From: Eledone cirrhosa
Taxonomy: Eukaryota
Length of the DNA: 64,000 nt
Assembly: GCA_964016885.1 (NCBI GenBank)
Contig: OZ024746.1
Coordinates: 78,988,001 to 79,052,000, forward strand
Reading direction: 5' to 3'
Shown: positions 25,361-39,600 of the stretch, piece after piece
Layout: each line of letters starts with the position of its first letter
How positions within the stretch are numbered: position 1 is the stretch's first letter
Made by a program: the position numbers and the translations under genes
The notes under the pieces: generated by a model
Database searches by the model: none
Told to the model about the DNA's origin: nothing
Seen by the model: only the letters and a program-made list of their open reading frames with translations

Positions 25361-26203
25361 AGACCAATAATGAAACCACTCCATCACCATTGCCACTAAA
25401 CAACTACAGTTACCACCACACCATAACTATCACATCGACCATAACCACCACCACGACCACCATCACCATCACAAGTAACATCATCATCAAGAATAACTAC
25501 CACTACCACTACCACCACCACAACCACAATCACAACCAACAAAAATAGCTACAACGACACAACTATCATCACCACCACCACCACCACCTATACCACCACC
25601 ACCACCACCACCACCACCACCACCAACACCAACACCACCACCACCACCATCACAACCACCACCACCACCACTACTAACACCACTATCACCACCACAACAA
25701 CCACCACCATAAACACCACCACCACCACCATCACAACCACCACAACAACAACAACGACAACAACAACAACAACCACAACCTACAACAACAATAGTAACAA
25801 CGATATCACTGTCACCACCACCAACAGCAACAACAACAGCAACAATAACTACAATAACATCAACACTATCGACAATATCAACAACGACAACAACAACAAC
25901 AACAACAACAACAACCAAAAGCAACAACAACAACACCAACAACACCAACAACAATAAATATATCACTTAAAGTTTCAAATGACACACATCAGAGCCCTAC
26001 CTATTATGATTAAAGCAATTTGGGTCCCGCTCGCTTTATCCACTTTCAATAAAGGATCACATTATCGCTTTCGTTTCAATAAAGGGACACACTCTGACCC
26101 CCTTTCACAAGTTTAAAATATATAAAAGAAAAAAAAAAACTCCTCACCCTCAACCAGAAAACAATACTTACTAAAACAACAAGAATAGGCATCATTAGTA
26201 ACA

Positions 26204-26235
<32 letters not shown>

Positions 26236-26296
26236 ACTACTACTACTACTACTACTACTGCTACTACTACTACTACTGCTACTACTGCTGCTACTA

Positions 26297-26334
<38 letters not shown>

Positions 26335-26368
26335 GCTACTACTGCTGCTACTACTACTACTACTACTG

Positions 26369-26411
<43 letters not shown>

Positions 26412-26425
26412 GACTACTGCTACTG

Positions 26426-26463
<38 letters not shown>

Positions 26464-26501
26464 GCTGCTACTACTACTACTACTACTGCTACTGCTACTG
26501 T

Positions 26502-26543
<42 letters not shown>

Positions 26544-26558
26544 CACCACCTTCACCAG

Positions 26559-26617
<59 letters not shown>

Positions 26618-26768
26618 GAGCCTTGACAGTCTAGTATCACGACATTCGCGGTTTCTCTTGAATCACTTCGCTGGTTCCTTTGTTGTTTATTGTAAGATGG
26701 ATGACGCAGGTCGCTGGGTTTAGAAGAGACTCTCTCTCTATATATATATATATACATATGTGTGTGTG

Positions 26769-26800
<32 letters not shown>

Positions 26801-26867
26801 CGTGTGTGTGTTTGTGTGTGAGTCCCGGGTTCAATCGGGGGTAACCATAGGAAGTAAGGTGTAAGGT

Positions 26868-27228
26868 ACCTGCAACCCTGATGGTATCCAATGATGTTGA
26901 CTTGTTATTCTTTTTGGTAAATATCATCTTGGTTAAGAGAGTGGGACTGGCTTTGTGCAGTGCCTTTGCTTAATATAAAAGCTTCACGGCACAGGCATTG
27001 CTTTATATCTGGAGATCTCTCTGCACTTGTCGTTACATGGTACCATGGGCCCAGCACTATGTGTCAATAATTGTCATAAGTGTAGTGTTTGTACCAGAGT
27101 TTTCAAGTCGCTGGCTGGACTAAAAAGTCACACTCGCTCAGCGCATCGGTGGGGGTTCTCCTACATGTAGTGGCCGTAGTTCTCCTATAAAGTAGTGGCC
27201 GTACTCGAAAACGAGTTGGCAGCCACCA
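26868..27228 (+). mobile_element. Non-autonomous RTE-like retroposon, 5'-truncated copy 2
   Basis: Matches 5598-5941; joined directly to a PLE-like fragment (26822-26869); small internal duplication near 27165-27200; (TA)n tail. Confidence 0.75.
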
Positions 27229-27733
27229 TATATATATATATATATATATATATAGCCGAAACCAAGATTTTTTCCCTACTATATCAAGCGTTAGACTAAT
27301 ATTTTTCTTCATTGTACTGTGTTGTTTGCTTTGTTATTTTCGTTTGCACACACACGCGCACACACACACATACACACACATACACGCACACACACACACA
27401 CACACACACGCACGCACACACACATAAATATATAAGGATTTCTGCAATACATGTTCACTCTTATAGAACCTACCTTACATTTTATACGCATTCACCTATT
27501 ACAAGAATGAATCTACCTACTAGACCCAGTATTGCTTCTAAAACTGAATCAATTTGTAGATGATATACGATATTGCTACAATATGTATTGAAGAAATCTT
27601 ACACACATGCACATTCACATGTATATATCAACCTCCTCTTTCTCCGAACTTTGCTCTTTCCCGATGAAGGACTAATGTCCGACACGTTGAAACATTCATT
27701 TATTTTCCCCAACAACCATGAAACTAATAAGAC

Positions 27734-27790
<57 letters not shown>

Positions 27791-28937
27791 GTGTGTGTAT
27801 ATATATATATATGCATGTGTATACATGCATACATATATTGTATGTATGTATGATGTATGAGAGAGATAAATTAAGAAAGAGATATTGCGGAAGAATTGAC
27901 AAGGGTAACCACAGGAAGTAAGGTGTAAGGTACTCAATACATTAGTAGAGTCTAACAAAATTTAATATAGAAATGGCTTCTACACGACTAGAACTGGTGT
28001 TTTATTTATCGACTCCGAGAGGAAGAAAAGTAAAGTTGGCCTTGGCAGAATTTCATGCTGGAGCTCAGAGAGCTGACCCCCGGGCAGCCCTTCTACCCGA
28101 CATTATAACGATTTTTTGAATTTGTTATCTTATGTATATTCTATATACATACACCCAAAATCGGACACAATTATTTTGGGGTCACTATGATCTATTTTGA
28201 CAAGACAATAAAAATGAGTACAATAGTGGTTAATTACTACTGCAGCTGTTGCTGACAATTGAGTATGACTTGGTAATATGTGCCATATTAATTACTGTCC
28301 TGAGATCAAACAGCGACGCCTTTTCAACCCTTCTTTGCTTTAACCAGTTGATGACTGCACTTGCTCCAGTCTGTACTTCTTTTACCAAGGTCTGTACTTC
28401 TTTTACCAACCCCGAAAGAATGAAATGCAAAGTGCCCTTCAGCAGGATTCGAACTCAGAACTCAAAGACCGTGAACAAATATCCAACGCTCTTATCACTG
28501 CCAAATCGACTGCCATTCGTTTAGAAATTAAGAACATTAAAAGAATATGTGTAGATAATACACACTATATGTCTAACACTGCACTTCATTCCTAGATGAT
28601 CGAATTTCAAAGCAAACATTACAACAAAATAGTAATAAATGAAAGAAGGTAAATAACAGAATACAACTGGTTACTATTGTTCTACTTTGAATTATATTAT
28701 AGAGACATTTATTCCAGGAATGAATAAATCTCTACACAGACCATGTGTCTCTTTCTAACTTTCTAATAAAATATATTATTTACACATTAAACTTAGTCTT
28801 CTTTGTTTTCCAACTAAGAAAATCCACCCCCCCCCCACACACACACGCAAACAGATACACACACACACACACAGTTTATATCTAGACCTACATCTATCTA
28901 GCAATCTCTCTCTGTGTATATAAATAAAAATAAATTG

Positions 28938-28973
<36 letters not shown>

Positions 28974-30057
28974 TACCATAAGTATTGAGTACTCTAGTGC
29001 GTTATAGTCTATCCGGTTCCTTACCACAATTCCTTTGTTATATATATATATATGTATGTATGTATATTGTATATATACCCACAATTAAAGTACTATATTA
29101 TAATGGAGAATTCGTATATGTTCAGCAGCTGCAATTGTTATTTTAGGATAGATGTGTTAATGAGTAGGCAAGGTAAACCGAACAAATGGTGGTGAGCTAT
29201 AATGGATTTTAAGTTACGATAAGAAATGAATAGATTTTTGCAACATATCTAATGAAACAACTTAAAATGACAACTATAATGAGTAATATAAAGTAGAATA
29301 ATAGGTAAGATAATAAAAAGTTGTGTGAAGAAATAATAGAGAATGTAATCAAATAAAGTAAGATAAATGATATAAAGTGAAATGGAAATATTTAACCATA
29401 GTATTAATAGATAAATTAGAAGGTTCTACATTACTATGACGTTAGAAAACAGTATCAATTTAGCAGGAAAGAACAGTAATATTGATTTGTGTATATTAAA
29501 GGGGGTTAATATCGGTAAGCAGGGAAGAAAAAAAAAGATATTTTGTAAATCGGAATTGAAGTTTTGGCTGATAATGTCCAGAAGTAATGGGAGTGTTAAG
29601 AAGGTTATCAAATTGTAGCAGCGTCGTGTATTATCGACATATTTATTTGATTTTAGAAGCAATTATATGATTTTTGGTTCTAAATGGTAGATTCTTATAG
29701 TAAGTAGATGTCTGTAAAGGTTAAAGTGAGTTAAGGTTCGATAAGAATGGAAACTGCGATCTAGATTAAATTTGAGAGAATATGTAGGTGAAGGTTAGAT
29801 TTGAGATGTTAAATGTAGGAAGTCAGCATCTGATGTTTGTAGTTATAATCACGCAAGGCAAAGTTGGCAGATACGACCTCCAGGAGAGTAAGTTGAGTGC
29901 TCTGATAAGACAGAGCATACCTCATGCATCAGCGTGCAACTGTTGAAACCTTACAAATTGCCCTCTGAGGGCTATGATCTATAGAGCCAACCTCTCACCA
30001 TCTGATGGAATCCCAAGGGAAACTATCTTCACTATCATCATCTCCCTCTTTCTCTCT

Positions 30058-30101
<44 letters not shown>

Positions 30102-30188
30102 CTCTCTCTCTATATATATATATAGACCCTTCGGTATATCTTTGTAAGTATGTAAGTATATATGTATGTATGTACTTCTATCTACCTA

Positions 30189-30576
30189 TCTCCGGCGAGC
30201 AACATTCGTTTTTTCAAATATCATTTTGGAAGAAGAATCAGGATGGAGAGAGAGGTGCTGTACCCCAGCAGATTTTATAAAAGGTGGGTGAATGTGACAA
30301 AGATGGCCCGAGTTGTTGGGCCTTCTCTCTATATAAGCCTGTAGGTTGAGGAAAAAGAGGAAGAGAGGAAGGGAGTACTCATTCTTGGTGCTCCTGGAGA
30401 TGAGGGTTGTACATTTTTTCGGGGTGTGTACAACCCCTGTGTAACGCCTCCCCGCTATTGGGGATTTCAATTGTTATTTGTGATTGTATTAATAGTTTTA
30501 TTTTCATATACCTGTATGTAAACTTCCCATTTGTATTTGTCCCCTTCTTTTGTGTCCTTGTGGCTAATAAAGAAAT
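30189..30576 (+). mobile_element. 3' fragment of the Tx1-like LINE, with (TATC)n tail
   Basis: Encodes RFFKYHFGRRIRMEREVLYPSRFYKRWVNVTKMARVVGPSLYISL*, matching the C-terminus of the 57.9-60.7 kb ORF; (TATC)n 30578-30658. Confidence 0.9.
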
Positions 30577-30577
30577 G

Positions 30578-30658
<81 letters not shown>

Positions 30659-31147
30659 CAGTCAGTCAGTTTGTCTGCCTGCAAGCATGTATGTCAATAT
30701 AGATTACTTACGGTCTCTTAAACACACTTCTTCTCTATCTCTCGGCCCCCTTCTCCATTCTTTCACTCTATTCACCCTCTCAATCTGAAGCTTTCCTCTC
30801 AACCCTTACATCTCTTCCTATGCCGTTCTTTATCATTATCATCCTTTAGTTACCCTTGCTTCTCTTTACTAGATCCATTTTGTTTGTTTCCTCGTCAAAT
30901 TTATATTGCTCTCTAGCATCCCCTTTCACCAAATTTTACCATTACATCTCCCCAATATCCCCCCCTCCCTCTCTCTCAATCTCGCTCTCACACACACTCA
31001 CTTTCTCATTCTCACTTTCTCTCCCTCTCTCTCTGTCTCTCTCTATGTTTCTTTCTTTCTTTCTCTCTCTCTATCCCTCACACACTCTCTCGCTTTCTCA
31101 TTCTCTCATCCCCACTCTCCCTTTTTCTCTCTCTGTCTTTCTTTCTC

Positions 31148-31230
<83 letters not shown>

Positions 31231-31662
31231 CTCTCCCTCTCTTCCTCTCTCTCCATCTCTCTCTCTCAGGATTCACACTTATCTGCTATAATCCCTCAAA
31301 CATCCCCTCCATTGTGTCTTAAAATTTCATTGTTTCCTTTGGTCGCCATTTTTATGTCTGTAGCTACCGTCTTATTTGCACCATATATATATATAATTTT
31401 ACGACACTTTATATCACACTCTATATATATGTATGTATACATGTACACAAGCACACGCAAGCACTCATACACATATATGTATGTATACATATGTACATTT
31501 GTAAGCGTACATGAATGTGTGTATGTATATAGGCATGTATATAAGTATATATGTGCATATGTACACAGCTATTTGCTTCTATACATTCATGAGCCTTAAA
31601 AAAAAACTCTTGTCAGATTCGAGTATGCATATAATGTGAATGCGAATCTTTGAATGTATATG

Positions 31663-31723
<61 letters not shown>

Positions 31724-32239
31724 AAATGTATATATGTATATATGTATATATATACATATACATACATACAAACATATATATATATATATGTAAATATACA
31801 TGTATACATACATACATACATAAATACACACATACATGCAAATATGCAAACATACATACAAACATGCATACATACATACATACATACATACAAACATGCA
31901 TACATACATACATACATACATACATATGTATACGAACGTGGGCAATTTGTGTGCATCTGTACATTTTTTTCTAGTATTTTCTTGTGTATATGAACTTATG
32001 AATAATACGTGTGCCGTTCTATGTATATATATATACATGCGTATATAAATAAGTCAGCGTGTGGGTGTATTACCGTGTATTAAACACATTTTATCTATTG
32101 TTTTTTTTTTCGTTTTTTTTAATACTGTTATTAGTTTTGTTTTACTCGCGTATTTTTATTTTTATTTCATTTTTTTTATTATGTATTTCTAAATTGTTTT
32201 GTTTGTTTTAAATCATGTTTTTTATATTTTGTTATTGCC

Positions 32240-32629
32240 GTTGTTATTGACTACTACAGTTATTGTTGTTGTTGCTGTTGTTGTTGTTGCTGTTGCTGTT
32301 ATTGTTGTCGTTGTTATTGTTGTTGTTGTTGTTGTTGTTCGGTATGCTTAATTTTTTTCCCTCCTTCATCCTACATCTCGTAGAATTCTTATTGTTGTGC
32401 CAATTTCTCCTTCTTCCTCATCGTCGTCATTGTCATCGTCATCGTCATCGTCATCGTCATCCTTTTCTTCTTCTTCTTCTTCTTCTTCTTCTTCTTCTTC
32501 TTCTTCTTCTTCTTCTTCTTCTTCTTCTTCTCTCGCTGTCTCTATTTTGTGACAGTAGTTGTTATCGTTATTATATTTTCTTGTTGTTGAGGCTGATGTT
32601 ATAGTTAATACCATTGTTGTTGTTGTTGC

Positions 32630-32684
<55 letters not shown>

Positions 32685-32763
32685 ATTATGGATGTTGCCA
32701 TTCTTACTATTATTGTTGCTGTGGCTACGGTTGTGGTTATTTTTATTGCTATTGTTATTAGGG

Positions 32764-32799
<36 letters not shown>

Positions 32800-34017
32800 T
32801 GTTTTTTTTTCTATTGTTATTCCAGTTGTTTCCATTATCGTCGTTGCTATTATCTTTGTTGTTGTTGTTGATGTTATTATTTTTATTATTACTGTTGTTA
32901 TTACTGTTGTTGTTGTTGTTGTTGCTGTTGTTATTTTTATTGTTGCTGCCACTGTTGTTGTTATTACTGTTGTTGTTGCTGTTGTTATTGTTGTTGTTAT
33001 TGTTGTTATTACTGTTGTTGCTGTTGTTGTTGCTGTTCTTGTTGTTGCTGTTGTTATTGTTGTTGTTATTGTTGTTATTACTGATGTTATTGCTGTTGTT
33101 ATTGTTGTTGTTATTGTTGTTATTACTGTTGTTGTTGATGTTGTTGTTGTTGTTATTGTTGCTATTACTGTTATTGTTGCTGTTGTTATTGTTGTTGTTA
33201 TTGTTGTTGTTGCTGTTGTTATTGTTGTTGTTATTGCTGTTTGTTGCTGTTGTTGTTATTGTTGTTATTACTGTTGTTGTTGTTGTTGTTATTACTGTTG
33301 TTATTGTTGTTATTACTGTTGTTGTTGTTATTGTTGTTTGTTGCTATTGTTGTTGTTGTTATTGTTGTTGTTATTGTTGTTATTACTGTTGTTATTGTTG
33401 TTATTACTGTTGTTGTTGTTATTGTTGTTGTTGCTGTTGTTATTGTTGTTGTTATTGTTGTTATTACTGTTGTTGCTGTTGTTATTGTTGTTGTTATTGT
33501 TGTTATTACTGTTGTTATTGTTGTTATTACTGTTGTTGTTGCTATTGTTGTTGTTGCTGTTGTTATTGTTGTTGTTATTGTTGTTATTACTGTTGTTATT
33601 GTTGTTATTACTGTTGTTATTGTTGTTATTACTGTTGTTGTTGTTATTGTTGTTGTTGTTATTGTTGTTATTACTGTTGTTGTTGTTATTGTTGTTGTTA
33701 TTGTTGTTATTGTTGTTATTACTGTTGTTATTGTTGTTATTACTGTTGTTGTTGTTGTTATTGTTGTTGCTATTGTTGTTGTTATTGTTGTTGTTATTGT
33801 TGTTATTACTGTTGTTATTGTTGTTGTTGCTGTTGTTGTTGCTGTTATTACTGTTCTTGTTGCTGTTGTTATTGTTATTGTTGCTGTTGTTGCTGCAACT
33901 GTTATTACTAAGTTATTAGTGTTGTCATTATTATTGTTGCTGTTACTGTTGTTGTTGCTACTATCGTTGTTGCAGTTTTTGTTGTTGTTATTATTGTTTT
34001 TGTTGTTATTATTGTTT

Positions 34018-34051
<34 letters not shown>

Positions 34052-34240
34052 GTTATGGTCGTCGTTGTCGTTGTTCCTGTTGTTGCTGTTGTTGCTGTTG
34101 TTGCTGTTGTTGTTGTCGTTGTTGCTGTTGTTGTTGTAGTTGTTGTCGTTGTTGTTGTTGTTGCTGTTCTTGCTTTTGTTGTTGTTGTTGTTGTTCTCGC
34201 TGTTGTTGTTGATGTTGATGTTGTTGTTGCTGTTGTTGGC
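32240..34240. repeat. (TTG/TTA/CTG)n trinucleotide field
   Basis: Low-complexity triplets; source of the poly-L/V/C ORFs. Confidence 0.9.
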
Positions 34241-34528
34241 CTCTACTTCTCTTTTTTATATTCACGTCTTTTGTGTCTGTTAAATTTCCCTCTGATCCCA
34301 TTAGAGCATGTAATATCTCGACATTTTCTACACGCCCCCATTTTATTCTTTTTTCTTTATTTCATTTCTTTTTTGTTATTTTATTTTATATTATCCTTTA
34401 TTTGCTTACTCCTCCTCTCCACCTCCCAACTCACATTACCGCAACACCTTTATCATGCTATCTGCACACACACCCTATATCTCTCTTTCTCTCTCTTTCT
34501 ACGTAGATATATATATATATATACACAC

Positions 34529-34677
<149 letters not shown>

Positions 34678-34700
34678 CATATATATATGTATATATATAC

Positions 34701-34737
<37 letters not shown>

Positions 34738-34750
34738 CTTATATATATAT

Positions 34751-34796
<46 letters not shown>

Positions 34797-34859
34797 AATT
34801 ATATATATATTTAAATATATATATATATATATAATTATATATACATATATATATATAAT

Positions 34860-34930
<71 letters not shown>

Positions 34931-35297
34931 CATACACATATATATCATTTTCTTCCTTTCTCTGATAAACACTCACACGAACACACGCCAAATACACACA
35001 TACACATTATCATAAACATAGACACACACACACTGCCAACTTCATTCCATACATACACACACACACACACACACAGCTAAACATACACATAAACATACAC
35101 ACTGTCAAGGAGCAACGCACTACCATGGTTACACGTTTTGTCTCAATTTTCTCTCCTACGCCAATAGACCGTTCTTTCAATTTCAATTATGATTAGTTAT
35201 CCAACCCTAACCCAACCACAATATACACCTCCCTCTCTCTCTCTCCCTCTCTCCCTCTCTCTCGCTGTCTCTTTCTGCTCTTTTGCCTTCCTGTGTA

Positions 35298-35350
<53 letters not shown>

Positions 35351-35609
35351 TTGACTACATCTCCCACTCCCACTTTTGTTTACCGTTTTGCATATCTGTC
35401 TCTGTCTGTCTCTCACTTCTCTCCCTTTCTCTCTCTCTCTCTCTTTTCTTTTACTACTACTGCTACCCCTCCCCCACTACTACTACTACTACTATTACTA
35501 CTACTACTACTACTACTACTACTACACACACATATTCCTAACGATCGACTTTCGTCAAATCGGACCGAGGAAACAGTGTTTCCATTGGTCTTTCCAATTG
35601 CTAATACTA

Positions 35610-35755
35610 TCTATCGGTCGCAACTCCAGGTAGAAGGAGCAACGTGAAATAAAGTGTCTTGCTCAAGGACATAACGCATCGCCCGGTCCAGGAATCGAAC
35701 TCACAACCTCACGATTGCGAATCCAGTTCTCTAACCACTCAGCCACACGCCTTCA
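35610..35755 (-). mobile_element. SINE family B, 5' part
   Basis: Minus strand GGCGTGTGGCTGAGTGGTTAGA (A box), GAGTTCGATTCC (B box), TGTCCTTGAGCAAGACACTTTATTTCACGTTGCTCC. Confidence 0.8.
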
Positions 35756-35770
35756 CTGCACATACAGCAT

Positions 35771-35918
35771 TTTCGACAGCTGTCGGGTCTAGCTGTCGAA
35801 ACTGCACGGGCTCATCCGTCGGGGACCTGACTCTTTGCCTATTACCCACTCTACTACCTCAAGTATTGAGTACTCTGGTGCGTTATGGTCCACCTGGTTT
35901 TTTACCACACTTCCTTTG

Positions 35919-35922
<4 letters not shown>
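35771..35922 (+). mobile_element. Foldback hammerhead-half element (subfamily 2, short left arm)
   Basis: TTTCGACAGCT..AGCTGTCGAAA, degenerate stem III, GTCGGGG, then the family tail and (TA)n. Confidence 0.7.
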
Positions 35923-35991
<69 letters not shown>

Positions 35992-35993
<2 letters not shown>

Positions 35994-36620
35994 TGACCTG
36001 ACATAACATATGTCAGGTCACCACTTGGTGCTACTGGTAACATGTATCCCAGTACAACCTGTCTCATGGTCGGGTCGTTGGCGACTAAACTGGCAACCCC
36101 ACCAAGGTTTCTTGGTGAGGAGGGTGACTTTGGATATCCTGCAGGACTAAAAACAAAACCTGTCAAAGGGCAAAGGAGCTCTTAAGAGTCAATGGCCATC
36201 CAAAATCACTGGGAGAGATGACCCCTTAGCCTTTGTCAAGGCAGAATTCTAGGAGAAGGAAAACTCTGATATAACACCTGCAACCCTGATGGTATCCAAT
36301 GATATTGACTTGTTCTTCTTTTTGGTAAATATCATCTTGGTTAAGAGAGTGGGACTGGCTTTGTGCAGTGCCTTTGCTCACTATAAAAGCTTCACGACAC
36401 AGGCATTGCTTTATATCTGGAGATCTCTCTGCACTTGTCGTCATATGGTACCAAAGGCAAAGCACTATGTGTCAATAATTGTCACAAGTGTAGTGTTTGT
36501 ACCAGAGTTTTCAAGTCGCTGGCTGGACTAAAAAGTCACACTCGTTCAGCGCATCGGTAGGGGTTCTCCTACATGGATATAAAGTAGTGGCCGTACTCGA
36601 AAACGAGTTGGCAGCCACCA
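35992..36620 (+). mobile_element. Non-autonomous RTE-like retroposon, copy 3, with 5' micro-inversion
   Basis: Matches 5320-5941; begins with the hairpin GGTGACCTGACATA-ACA-TATGTCAGGTCACC; (TA)n on both sides. Confidence 0.75.
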
Positions 36621-36819
36621 TATATATATATATAAAAATGTTAGGCAAATTTCATTTACATATAACTGCAGTTTTTTTAACAGAAGCCACCATTTTGAAA
36701 AGATTGAAATGTAAGCACTGAACTATTCCTTTATACGCATAAAAACACATGATTACCTCTATGTATTAAGGATATATTTGGTTTCTCATCAGAAGATAAC
36801 TATCCTCATTTTTCAGTAA

Positions 36820-36958
36820 AACGAATTTTTTTTCAATCTTCGAGATAATAACAAATAAACGCTCGATTTGTTTCGGTCGATCTTGTTATAAAGAATTTTT
36901 CGTTACAACGAATTTTTTTTACACATCGTGAATTTCGTTATAACGGAATTTCACTGTA
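36820..36958. mobile_element. Possible decayed end of a Tc1/mariner-pogo type DNA transposon or MITE
   Basis: Repeated TTCGTTA(T/C)AACG motifs ending in TTTCACTG-TA, a pogo/Tigger-like terminus; no partner end seen. Confidence 0.35.
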
Positions 36959-37304
36959 TTTGAACAGAAGTTTAGATGCTACCTTGCCATAACATCATAG
37001 AGTGCGAAGCGATACTTTAATCTTAACAAGACAGAACTTTGCTAGTATAAATGTCAAATTTGCTGAACAGTCCAACCAGCTTGACAAGACAATAAGTTAT
37101 CTTTATTTCCTCATATTTGTTTTCATCCTGTAACCTTCTGTTCATTGCTGATTATATTACAATTAAATTTAAGTGACTTGAAAGCTTACTAGTTTTTCGT
37201 TTTACACTCTTTGACTCTCTTTATAACGAGTTGTGCTTAAATTCACCGAAGCCAGACTCGGATAATATTTATCGTCTTCTAAAGGAGAAAAACAGAAACA
37301 GAAA

Positions 37305-37490
37305 AATAATTGTTTCTACTTTTGGCACAAGGCCAGCAAATTACCCAGTACATTACTGGTAATATATTTTATCGACCCGTAAGGATGAAAGGCAAAGTTA
37401 ACCTCGGCGGGATTTGAACTCAGATCGTAAAGGGCGGTAACTATGCTGGGAAGCATGTCCGACCCTCTACCGATACTGCCAATCCTCCGA
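37305..37490 (-). mobile_element. SINE family A
   Basis: Near full-length match to 17389-17572. Confidence 0.9.
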
Positions 37491-37525
37491 AATAATAATA
37501 ATCAAACACTAACAATGTGAGGGAG

Positions 37526-37820
37526 TACAAAGTCAATGTATTTATTACACATGGAAAGGAAGATATACAAAGTCAATGTATTACACATGGAAAGGAAGAT
37601 ATATAAAGTCAATGTATTACACATGGAAAGGAAGATATACAAAGTCAATGTATTACAGATGGAAAGGAAGATATATAAAGTCAATGTATTACACATGGAA
37701 AGGAAGATATACAAAGTCAATGTATTACAGATGGAAAGGAAGATATACAAAGTCAATGTATTACACATGGAAAGGAAGATATATAAAGTCAATGTATTAC
37801 AGATGGAAAGGAAGATATAT
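37526..37820. repeat. 36-bp minisatellite, about 8 copies
   Basis: Unit AAAGTCAATGTATTACA(C/G)ATGGAAAGGAAGATATA(C/T). Confidence 0.95.
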
Positions 37821-38061
37821 CAACGATTCGGACTGTTCGTTCTTTGTCAAGTTAGATGGGAGAAGAAGTAAAACATTGTATAGAAAGAAAAAAGACTTGC
37901 ATATGTTTATGGAAGAGGCATCAGGATGAACAATAGCGTAAAGTAGACGAAAGTAGATGGTGGCTAGGGTGGAGAACTAAAGTCGGACATGTACTGAAAA
38001 AATTAAGTAAGAGAGAAACTGTGTATGAATGTATGTATATGTGTGTGTATTTATACTTGTA

Positions 38062-38290
38062 AAGGCGAGTGGCTTAGTGATTAGGGACTTCGGATCATGA
38101 TCGTTCGTTAATGAGTTTGATTTCCATTGTGTTCTTGAGCAAGGCACTTAATTTTACGTTCTTCCAATCTACTCAGCTGGGGAGAAAATGAGTTGTACGT
38201 TTAATTTTAATTCAAATGTCTAGCCATGTCACACTCAGTGTCACGCTGAATTTTCCTCCGAGAACTACGTTAAGGGGACACGGATCTAAG
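38062..38290 (+). mobile_element. CORE-type SINE (family B head, different 3' tail)
   Basis: GGCGAGTGGCTTAGTGATTAGG..GAGTTTGATTTCC..TGTGTTCTTGAGCAAGGCACTT; tail differs from the 9385 copy. Confidence 0.65.
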
Positions 38291-38388
38291 GAAAACTCAA
38301 CCACATTGACGCTAAACTCAAGAGTAGGCCGTTTCCTTCTTGATCGAACAACTTGAACACTCGTTTTCGGAACAGACGGAGGTTCATC

Positions 38389-38425
<37 letters not shown>

Positions 38426-39395
38426 CCAACAACAACAACAACAACAACAGCAACAACAACAACAACAGCAGCAGCAGCAGCAGTAACAACAGCAATAACA
38501 ACAACAACATGCGTGCGTGTTTATGAGTAAGGAAATAAATGTATTAGATGTTGTATGAATTTGTGTATGTATGTGTGAATGTGTGTTAGTGTATATGTGT
38601 GTTAGTGTGTGAGTGGGAAGGAAGTGGAGACAAAGGCAGTGATTGTGGCGTTAATGACATAATAAGGTAATGTCGTTTAAGTGTGCTATTGACACAACAG
38701 AAGGCTATAATATTGACTTGTGAGAAATATGTAATCGTATAATAGGATGTAGGTGATATTGATGAATTGGAATGAATTTTTAATGTGTAAACAGTGTATG
38801 ATAAGGTGTGGGTAGAGGGCGGAGGGGTGGAAAAGGTGTGGTCTCGAATGCATAAGTGGACGGTTGTCAGTGTAAGTGGATGATGGTGTTGGAGGGTAAA
38901 GAAAGCGACTCGGTTATTGATACCACCAGGAGAGGCTGCAGCCATGCGGAAAATAAGCAATAACAACAACAGCAGTAGCAACATATTCAAGCCAACACAA
39001 GAGCTTCTACGTAGTCACTCAATCTGCCTGAAATAGCAGCGAAAGCTTCCTCAAATCATACTCTAACATCTTCAAAAGGACACATTGGATGCTGTTGGTG
39101 CATCTAGATATACAATAACAAAATGTTTTATTGCTCACGACCAAGATGTCTTTGACCATGTGTCTCCCTGGTTTAGGCTGATTATTGGCTCATAATATAC
39201 AGAGGCACTAACAGCGTACGAAGCCGGTTGACCAATTTGCTAGAAATAGCGTATATATACCAGAAATCACACCTTACCGTCTTAACAAACGAAGAACATA
39301 TCGAATATTGCAACAGAAGTGGTGACTTATTGCAGTCAAACAGCCACTAGGAAAAAGTTATGATGAAATCAAGGCTTCGTCAAAGTTTTATCTTC

Positions 39396-39600
39396 TTAAC
39401 CCTTTAGTGTTCAAACCGGCCAAAACCGGCCACAATTCTCTACCTCCTTCTGTTGAAACTGGCTGTAACTGGTCGCTCAAACTGATGTTAAGGTATTGCT
39501 TTCAAAATAAATACTTTCAAAATCTCATAGATTCGATATTATGTGAGATAATTATGTGAGGTAAAGCCTTTACCATTAAAATATATTAGTATATATAAAA
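39396..39600. mobile_element. Possible piggyBac-like non-autonomous element end
   Basis: TTAA-CCCTTTAG start and repeated AAACCGGCCA subterminal motifs; other end not seen. Confidence 0.3.

Noticed and set aside
29090-29880. Strand-biased AT-rich stretch as a decayed ORF
   Set aside because: Multiple stops and no recognisable motif in the frames I read.
29895-29960. CTGATAA-GACAG...CTGTT-GAAA hammerhead-like motif
   Set aside because: Core G is substituted and no stem I pairing is present.
36765-36800. Minus-strand CTGATGAGAAAC
   Set aside because: No stem II between the core halves and no stems I or III.
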